Assembly: GCA_965204735.1 (NCBI GenBank)
Contig: OZ242008.1
Location: 1,536,001-1,600,000 of the forward strand
Length of the DNA stretch: 64,000 nucleotides
From: Longimicrobiales bacterium
Lineage (GTDB): Bacteria > Gemmatimonadota > Gemmatimonadetes > Longimicrobiales > Gaopeijiaceae
Direction: 5' to 3'
Position 1 is the first letter of the stretch, and every line of letters starts with the position of its first letter. The notes under the pieces are model-generated. The model was not told where the DNA came from and did no database searches. It worked only from the letters and a program-made list of their open reading frames with translations. Positions 57,411-64,000 of the stretch are shown piece after piece. Made by a program: the position numbers and the translations under genes.

Positions 57411-57701
57411 ATGACGAATGACCTGTACGTGGCCGTCTACCGAGCGATCCCGGTACCAAAGCTGTCCGAGGATCCCGACTTTCGCGAGACCCGAGAGTGG
57501 TTGGACGAGAGAGTCGGGACGATGTGGGAGGTCATCCACCACCCCGAGGCCGGGTGGGTTGGAGCGGTCGACGAAACCGGCGAGACACGCTTCGTCGCTC
57601 GATCGGGCGAATGGATCATTGTGGCGCCCACCGGACGAATCGAGGTGAGAAACGAGAACTACGTGCGGGGCTACCTGTCCGCGGTCCGGCACGAATACTA
57701 G
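57411..57701 (+). CDS. Small hypothetical protein (96 aa), weakly PGDYG-like
   Basis: GAGGAG RBS; ARSGEWIIVAPTGRIEV segment. Confidence 0.6.
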   Translation: MTNDLYVAVYRAIPVPKLSEDPDFRETREWLDERVGTMWEVIHHPEAGWVGAVDETGETRFVARSGEWIIVAPTGRIEVRNENYVRGYLSAVRHEY

Positions 57702-57790
57702 CGAGCGGCGGCTTATTGGCCAAGCTCAGCGCGGCGCGGGCAAGAGACATGCGGCGGCAAGCATGACCAAGCAGCGCTCGTGCCCCGTCG

Positions 57791-57847
57791 GGGCCTTGAC
57801 AGCGGTGCGACATTCACGCCCTTGGTCACTACCGGAGGACCTGGAGG
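57791..57847 (+). repeat. Module X (TTGACA box plus double GGAGG); second copy at 59824-59882
   Basis: GGGCCTTGACAGCGGYGCG (18/19 identical), then CTRCCGGAGG-NNN-TGGAGG in both copies. Confidence 0.8.
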
Positions 57848-57864
57848 TCCCACGCGTTTCAGAG

Positions 57865-57926
57865 TGGAGGCAAGCTGAAGTGACAACAGCAGACTTTGAG
57901 CGGGCACTGAGGAGTTTCGTCGACGA
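57865..57926 (+). repeat. Module Y (RBS, GTG start and ~16 codons); second copy at 61112-61174
   Basis: Manual alignment gives 52/63 identical positions; VTTADFERALRSFVDD vs VTAEDFDHVLGSCVDD. Confidence 0.8.
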
Positions 57927-59832
57927 CGCCTCGGAGCTGAATGTCCCCGATGGGAGAATTCGGGTGGAGATCCGCAATGAAGTCGTCGAGGCCAACCTGG
58001 ACAACTCGTCAGGGCTCCCGCACGTGATCGAGGATGGGGACTGTGTTCCTGCGGCAAGATGGCTCACAAGGCGCGTCGTGCGTCTCCAGCTGCTTGCCGA
58101 CCGGATTCTCTCCCATGTGGAGGCCGAACCGCTTTTCGTAGACCCTTCGGGCAGGATGTTGGACCGGAGCGGGAGTGTGCCTACGGGTGAGGAGCAGCAG
58201 ATCGACCGCGTCAGCGAGATGCTGTTGCGGTCATTGAAAGGAAGCGACGAGGCCACGACCGTGCACTATCTTACGTCCGGGCCCGGCGGTGGCATGACCA
58301 CATTGATCAACATGACGGCCCGACGCCAAGCTCTGAAGTTCAAGCGGAAGGAAGCCGACTGGTTGCTGTTGCCCATCAGCCTCCGGAAACGGTCTTTTCT
58401 GAACTTCGACGAGATCGTGCTGGTGGAGTTGGCCAATAGACTTCATTTTCACTTGCCGTACTACGACGCCGTCATCGAGCTCACGAAGATGGGCGTGGTG
58501 GTTCCCGCGCTCGACGGATTCGAGGACATGTTGATCGGACGGTCCGTAGGTGGGGCGACATCGGCCCTGGGCCACCTGATTCACGATCTGGATTCACGCG
58601 GCTCACTCTTGGTTGCAGCGCGGAAGGCCCACTTCGAGTATTCCGACTTGGAGACACAGGCGAAGCTGGTGCAACCCCTCTCCGAGCACAGGGTCAAGTA
58701 CGTGCGCACCGAAATCAGCCCGTGGAGTCGTCGGCAGTTCGTGGACTACGCACAGAGGCGGGGGCTGCATGACGGCAGGCCAATCCACGCCGGGGTCGAG
58801 GGCTGCGTGGGCGCTGATCATCCCTTGCTGACGCGACCGGTCATGGTGAGCCGGGTGCTCGACGCTGCCGGGAACGGGCTGTTGGACGGCCTGCTGACGA
58901 AGTGGCGCGACGACCCGGGTGACTACTTTCGACACATCGTGCACTCCATCGTCGCACGGGGGGCGTGGGCGGGGTCGATGTTCACTGTGGATGAGCATCA
59001 CCGATTGCTGGCGAGCATCGCGAAGGAGATGTGGCTGACCTCCACCAATCTGTTTCGTCGCGACTACCTGGAGTCCATCGCCCAGGAGTTCGCGCTCGGA
59101 TGCGGCAAGAATTGGGATGCCATCCGCCAGCTTCGAACGGAAATCACGCAACACCCCCTGATTGCCGCGCAGGGGCAACGTTATGCATTCGTCCATGACG
59201 ACTTCAGGAGACACTACTTGGGCGAGGCGCTCGGGCCTGTCCTTGTGTCGCCGTCCGACGGGCGGGAAGGCCTTGTCGAGTTCATGCACAAGGGCGTGCT
59301 GTCGAGTCGCGCAGCGGACTCGGCGGTGGATGCGGCGAAGCGGCAGGGCGTCGACATGCGGAGCGTTCTGGGGCTACTGCAAGGACTTGCGGTCTGCGCC
59401 CCCCGAATGTCGTACACCTTGGAGAACGCGGGGGCGTTGGCGCTGCGATGCCTGGAGTTGATCTACGACCAAGCTGTGGTCGAGTTGTCGAGTTTCGTAT
59501 TTCCAGAAGATGGACTTATGGGGCGCCGGCTCGAAGCGGTGTCGTTCAGAGAGTGTCGGTTTCACGGCACTTCGCTCAGAGGTGCGCAGATCGGCGGGTG
59601 TCGATTCACGGACTGTACGATGCTCGGCCTGGAGTGGCCTAGAGGGTTCGTCGCGAACGGTGCGGTGATTCGGGGCGGAAGCGTGGCAAGCGTCGTCGTT
59701 GCGGGAGGTGACGGCGTTCGCGTGCCGGCAGATGTCGCCGAGTTGCTTGCGCATGCAGGATTTCGGGTGGAAGCACCGGCTGACAAGATGGGCTCGCCGG
59801 CCGAACGGCCCGGTGGACATCAAGGGCCTTGA
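57880..59832 (+). CDS. STAND/NACHT-like P-loop protein with degenerate Walker A and a C-terminal pentapeptide-repeat-like region
   Basis: YLTSGPGGGMTT (Met at the Lys position), VVPALDGFED Walker B, PLLTRPV, YAFVHDDFRRHYLG, and SFRECRFHGTSLRGAQIGGCRFTDC; GGAGG plus GTG at 57880. Confidence 0.7.
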   Translation: MTTADFERALRSFVDDASELNVPDGRIRVEIRNEVVEANLDNSSGLPHVIEDGDCVPAARWLTRRVVRLQLLADRILSHVEAEPLFVDPSGRMLDRSGSVPTGEEQQIDRVSEMLLRSLKGSDEATTVHYLTSGPGGGMTTLINMTARRQALKFKRKEADWLLLPISLRKRSFLNFDEIVLVELANRLHFHLPYYDAVIELTKMGVVVPALDGFEDMLIGRSVGGATSALGHLIHDLDSRGSLLVAARKAHFEYSDLETQAKLVQPLSEHRVKYVRTEISPWSRRQFVDYAQRRGLHDGRPIHAGVEGCVGADHPLLTRPVMVSRVLDAAGNGLLDGLLTKWRDDPGDYFRHIVHSIVARGAWAGSMFTVDEHHRLLASIAKEMWLTSTNLFRRDYLESIAQEFALGCGKNWDAIRQLRTEITQHPLIAAQGQRYAFVHDDFRRHYLGEALGPVLVSPSDGREGLVEFMHKGVLSSRAADSAVDAAKRQGVDMRSVLGLLQGLAVCAPRMSYTLENAGALALRCLELIYDQAVVELSSFVFPEDGLMGRRLEAVSFRECRFHGTSLRGAQIGGCRFTDCTMLGLEWPRGFVANGAVIRGGSVASVVVAGGDGVRVPADVAELLAHAGFRVEAPADKMGSPAERPGGHQGP

Positions 59833-59952
59833 CAGCGGCGCGGTGCTTCGAGGTCCATAGCATCTGCCGGAGGCAGTGGAGGACGAGCGGGGTTGACTTC
59901 CCGAGTCGCTCCGCTTAAGCTGTCTCCAACGTCGCCTGCCTGTCCCGTGATC

Positions 59953-61050
59953 ATGGACTGCGCCATGCTACAAGCTACAGACGTGCCAGATGTTCTGCCG
60001 CCGGATGTGGACGATCCCCGCGATGACGACGAGGAACTTGGAGACACCCTTCGCTACGCGATCACAAGCTACGGGGCGGACATGCTTGTTGACGGCATGG
60101 TTCGACGTTTGAGTAATGGAGACATCTTCGTACCCAGCTTCCAGCGCAACTACGTGTGGAGTCAGAGACAGGCGTCCAGGTTCCTGGAGTCTTTGCTCCT
60201 TGGCCTGCCGGTACCGGGCATCTTCCTGTTCAGGGAACCTCACAGCAGGAAGCTCATGGTCGTTGACGGCCAACAAAGGCTGGCTACGCTGCAGAGATTC
60301 TATGCCGGGGTATTCAATGGCAAGAAGTTCGTTCTCACGGGCGTCTCCGAGGAGCTGTCCGGTCTGGGCTACAATGGCCTCAATGCCAATTACAGGCGCG
60401 AACTCGACGATGCCATCATTCACGCAACAATTTTTGAGCAGCTTGAGCCGGACGATGATCGGAGCTCGGTGTATTCCGTGTTCGAAAGGCTAAACACAGG
60501 CGGGAGCCAGCTTCACCCCCAGGAGATCAGGGCTTGTGTATACCACGGCAGGCTCAACGACTTGTTGTCCAAGCTGGCTGGGGAGGAGTCGTGGAAGGTG
60601 TTGTATCGGTCCAGAAACGACAGAAAGAAGGACGAAGAGATCATACTCAGGTTTCTGGCGCTGCTTTATTCCATGGATTCTTACGAACGCCCCATGAAGC
60701 AGTTCTTGAATGACTTCATGGAGAAGCACATGAACCTGGACGACGAACGGTACAGGGCGTTCGCCGACAGCTTCAGGATGGTGACGAGCACGATCGCAGA
60801 ATATCTCGGGCCGGAAGCACTTAGGCCCCAGAGGAACCTCAATGTCTCGGTTGCCGATGCCGTGATGGTGGGACTAGCACGGCGTCTCCGTCGGGGACCG
60901 ATTTCGGACAAGGAGGCGCTTGTGGAGGCGCACATAGAGCTCATGCGGCGACTTGAAGAGGAAGAGCTGTACAAGTCGGGAACCACGAACAAGGACCGTG
61001 TACATAGGCGAATTCAGATCGCCGTCGCGACGTATGGAGGTGTCGCATGA
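59953..61050 (+). CDS. DUF262 (ParB-like, GmrS/SspE-N-type) domain protein, motifs intact
   Basis: PSFQRNYVW, ESLLLGLPVP, VDGQQRL and FERLNTGG motifs; start at 59953 or 59965. Confidence 0.88.
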   Translation: MDCAMLQATDVPDVLPPDVDDPRDDDEELGDTLRYAITSYGADMLVDGMVRRLSNGDIFVPSFQRNYVWSQRQASRFLESLLLGLPVPGIFLFREPHSRKLMVVDGQQRLATLQRFYAGVFNGKKFVLTGVSEELSGLGYNGLNANYRRELDDAIIHATIFEQLEPDDDRSSVYSVFERLNTGGSQLHPQEIRACVYHGRLNDLLSKLAGEESWKVLYRSRNDRKKDEEIILRFLALLYSMDSYERPMKQFLNDFMEKHMNLDDERYRAFADSFRMVTSTIAEYLGPEALRPQRNLNVSVADAVMVGLARRLRRGPISDKEALVEAHIELMRRLEEEELYKSGTTNKDRVHRRIQIAVATYGGVA

Positions 61051-62210
61051 CTTTCAGGGACAACCAACGGTTGGAAGTGGCGTTCAACGGGCTGCGCGGG
61101 GAGGCGGAGCATGGAGGGCAAGCCGAAGTGACAGCAGAAGACTTTGATCACGTGCTGGGGAGTTGCGTCGACGATCCACGGGAAGGCGACGACGAGGCCG
61201 GCACGCCCGATCCCGGATTGGTGATGAGCTACGCCGCGAACATGACGGTGGAGTCGTTGGTCGAGCGGCTGGACGGGGGCGACATCTTCATACCGTCCGT
61301 CGGTTCGGGCTGCGTCTGGTCCATGGCGCGGGCGTCCAGGCTCGTGGAGTCGTTGCTGCTCGGCCTCCCGGTGCCGAACATCTACCTGTTCCGAGAACAC
61401 GAGTCGGGCCGGCACATGGTCTTGGACGGCCGGCAGAGGTTGCTGGCCATGGAAGGCTTCCTTCACGGCAGCCTTTGCGGAAGCGACTTCCGCTTGACTG
61501 GCGTCTGCGAGGGGCTCATGGGGAAGAGCTACGCCGACATGCACCGCCTTGAGCAGCGGCAGCTCGACAAGGTGCTGATCACTGTGACGGTTGTGCATCA
61601 ACCGAAGTCCGAGGTCAGCCGAAGCCCGGTCCTGTCGGTGTTCGAGAGGCTGAACAAGGGTACGGGCGGGCTGTCTTCCCACGAGATGCGGGCGGCGGTG
61701 TACGAGGGGTCGCTGAACAGAGTGCTGTCGGAGCTGTCCGCAAGCCCATGCTGGCAGGAGGTCTACGGACGGGAGAACGACAGGATGGCCAGTCAGGAGC
61801 TGATCCTTCGGTTTCTCGCGCTGTTCTGGTCGCTTTCGGCCTACAGACGGCCGATGAAGCACTTTCTCGACACCTTCATGGAAGAACATCGGGACCTCGA
61901 TCGCCGGACGGAACTCCTGTTCCGGAAGTGCTTCGACAGGAGCGTCGCCACCGTCGCCGAAGCGCTTGAGCCGGACGCCCTCAGGCCGGAGGGCAGGATG
62001 AGCGTGCCGCTTGCCGACGCGGTATTGGTCGGCTTGGCACGCAGACGGGAACAGGGACCAATACGAGATCGAGAGGGACTGCGGGCGGCGCACCGGCGGC
62101 TGGTGTCGCGGCTGCGGAAGGAGCATCTGTGCAAGGGCGAAGCGACCGACGCCAGTCGGCTTGAAAAGCGAATCGCCATTGCGCAGGAAGAGTTCGGAGG
62201 CGTCGAGTGA
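61047..62210 (+). CDS. DUF262 paralogue with degenerate motifs (alternative GTG start at 61128)
   Basis: Colinear with the upstream gene, but FQRNY reads VGSGC, DGQQR reads DGRQR, NTGG reads NKGT; ATGA overlap with copy 1. Confidence 0.82.
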   Translation: MTFRDNQRLEVAFNGLRGEAEHGGQAEVTAEDFDHVLGSCVDDPREGDDEAGTPDPGLVMSYAANMTVESLVERLDGGDIFIPSVGSGCVWSMARASRLVESLLLGLPVPNIYLFREHESGRHMVLDGRQRLLAMEGFLHGSLCGSDFRLTGVCEGLMGKSYADMHRLEQRQLDKVLITVTVVHQPKSEVSRSPVLSVFERLNKGTGGLSSHEMRAAVYEGSLNRVLSELSASPCWQEVYGRENDRMASQELILRFLALFWSLSAYRRPMKHFLDTFMEEHRDLDRRTELLFRKCFDRSVATVAEALEPDALRPEGRMSVPLADAVLVGLARRREQGPIRDREGLRAAHRRLVSRLRKEHLCKGEATDASRLEKRIAIAQEEFGGVE

Positions 62211-62253
62211 GCATTCGAGCTGACCAAGAACCAGCACCTACCACGGAGAACCG

Positions 62254-64000
62254 ATGAGACACGACCACGCCAGCCTCCTTCCGACGGGGCTTCTGGCAGC
62301 GGCTGCGCTCCTGCCACTCCCGCTTCTCGCCCAGTCCCCGCCCCAGCCCGCCCCCGCCGACTTCGCCCCCATGACGGCCCGGAGCATCGGGCCGGCGGGC
62401 ATGAGCGGGCGCGTCTCGGACGTGGCCGTCAACCTCCAGGACCCGACGACGATCTACGTGGGCGCGGCCACCGGCGGCGTGTGGCGTTCCCGCGACGGAG
62501 GGCTCACCTGGCGCCCGGTGTTCGACGAGCAGCCGGTGCTGGGGATCGGCGCAGTGGCGGTCTCGGCCTCCAACCCGGACGTGGTGTGGGCGGGAACCGG
62601 GGAAGGGAACCCGCGCAACTCGGCGGGCGTCGGCAACGGCGTCTACCGGAGCCTCGACGGGGGCGACACCTGGCGGCACATGGGGCTGGAACGGTCGGAG
62701 CGCATCCACCGCATCGTCGTGCACCCCGACGACCCGCGCACGGTGTACGTCGGCGCCATGGGACCGGCGTGGAGCGACGGGGAGGAGCGCGGCGTCTACA
62801 AGACCACCGACGGCGGCGAGAGCTGGGAGCGCGTGCTGTACATGGACCAGGGCACGGGGATCGGGGACCTGGTGATGGACCCGGCGAACCCCGACAAGCT
62901 CTTTGCGGCGATGTGGTCGTTTCGGCGCTGGCCGTGGTTCTTCCGTTCGGGCGGATCGGGAAGCGGGCTCTTCGTCACCCACGACGGCGGCGCAAGCTGG
63001 AAGCGCCTGGGGCCGGAGGACGGGCTGCCGCCGGGCGAGCTGGGGCGGATCGGCGTCGCGGTCTCGCGCTCGAACCCGGACGTGGCGTACGCGCTGGTGG
63101 AAGCCGAACGGAGCGAGCTCCTGCGCTCCGACGACGGGGGCGCCCGCTGGCGGACAGTCAGCGACCGACGGGGCATCGCGCCCAGACCCTTCTACTACGC
63201 CGACCTGCGGGTCGACCCGACCAACGAGAACCGGCTCTACAGCCTTCACAGCGCGATTCAGGTGAGCGAGGACGCGGGGCGCACGTTCCGCACGGTGGTG
63301 CCCAGCCAGACGATCCACGGGGACGTGCACGAGCTCTGGATGCACCCCGACGACAGCCGCTTCATGATCCTGGGCGAGGACGGCGGGATCGCCTTCACCT
63401 ACGACCGCGGCGACAACTGGCGCTTCGTCGAGAACTTGCCGCTGGCCCAGTTCTACCATGTCGCCGTGGACATGGACACGCCCTTCAACGTCTACGGCGG
63501 CCTGCAGGACAACGGCTCCTGGTTCGGTCCCATGACGGTGTGGGCCCAGCGGGGGATCATGAACCTGCACTGGACCCGCGTCGGCAGCGGCGACGGCTTC
63601 GCCACCATGACCGACTTCGGCGACGGCCGCTTCGGCTATTCCCTTGCCCAGGGCGGCCGCCTGGTGCGCTTCGACAAGACGACGGGCAACCGACGTGACG
63701 TCACCCCCGTGCACCCGGACGGCGAGACCCTGCGCTTCAGCTGGAACGCGGCGCTCGCCGTCGATCCCTTCGACTCCACCACGATCTACCTGGGCTCCCA
63801 GTTCGTGCACCGCTCGCGGGACCGGGGCGCCTCGTGGGAGATCGTCTCGCCCGACCTGACCACCAACGACCCCGAGAAGCAGCGCCACGCCGAGAGCGGC
63901 GGCCTCACCATCGACGCCTCCGGCGCGGAAGCCCACACGACGATCTTGAGCATCGCCCCCAGTCCCGTGGAGCGGGGTCTGATCTGGGTCGCCACCGACG
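62254..64000 (+). CDS. VPS10/sortilin-like BNR-repeat beta-propeller protein (glycosyl-hydrolase-like), 3'-partial
   Basis: Not in the ORF track because no stop occurs in the window. GGAG RBS, signal peptide, RSIGPAGMSGRV, repeated S.DGG.TW Asp-boxes, GTGEGNPRNS and YGGLQDNG. Confidence 0.9.
   Translation, partial: MRHDHASLLPTGLLAAAALLPLPLLAQSPPQPAPADFAPMTARSIGPAGMSGRVSDVAVNLQDPTTIYVGAATGGVWRSRDGGLTWRPVFDEQPVLGIGAVAVSASNPDVVWAGTGEGNPRNSAGVGNGVYRSLDGGDTWRHMGLERSERIHRIVVHPDDPRTVYVGAMGPAWSDGEERGVYKTTDGGESWERVLYMDQGTGIGDLVMDPANPDKLFAAMWSFRRWPWFFRSGGSGSGLFVTHDGGASWKRLGPEDGLPPGELGRIGVAVSRSNPDVAYALVEAERSELLRSDDGGARWRTVSDRRGIAPRPFYYADLRVDPTNENRLYSLHSAIQVSEDAGRTFRTVVPSQTIHGDVHELWMHPDDSRFMILGEDGGIAFTYDRGDNWRFVENLPLAQFYHVAVDMDTPFNVYGGLQDNGSWFGPMTVWAQRGIMNLHWTRVGSGDGFATMTDFGDGRFGYSLAQGGRLVRFDKTTGNRRDVTPVHPDGETLRFSWNAALAVDPFDSTTIYLGSQFVHRSRDRGASWEIVSPDLTTNDPEKQRHAESGGLTIDASGAEAHTTILSIAPSPVERGLIWVATD

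Noticed and set aside
55703..62254. Integron cassette array or prophage
   Set aside because: No attC-like sites, mixed gene orientation, and no integrase or phage structural genes.

Overview
A GC-rich bacterial window. Gene content (cadherin-bearing giant autotransporters, rny, an Rpn nuclease, a VPS10-type hydrolase) suggests a Gemmatimonadota-like, possibly host-associated organism; this is inference only. (1) 1-26039: two tandem paralogous giant Ig-like/cadherin repeat autotransporter adhesins. They share a ~10.3 kb 3' block but have different N-terminal tips, and are separated by a SoxD/SorB-like cytochrome c. The second has a C16 tract in its leader. (2) 26273-53994: mostly core genes: rny, folD, xseAB, ispA, nadK, recN, an Rpn nuclease with an internal start, tRNA-Gly, tRNA-Cys, a UGA-interrupted AhpD-like (CxxU) selenoprotein candidate with a SECIS-like hairpin coupled to hutH-hutU, hutF, a sigma54-type-promoter Trp/Arg-rich secreted protein, rho, tesA-ybbA-ybbP and an aminotransferase. 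Several of these carry in-frame tandem-repeat expansions. (3) ~54100-62210: an integrase-less candidate defence island encoding a sigma70-r4/winged-helix protein, an SBD-HNH (phosphorothioate-reading type) nuclease, a Walker-A-mutant STAND-like NTPase, and an intact plus a motif-degenerate DUF262 paralogue, with reused 5' sequence modules. (4) 62254-end: a partial VPS10/BNR-repeat protein. No rRNA, CRISPR array, integrase or reverse transcriptase was seen. All family assignments come from motif recognition by eye; no searches were run.
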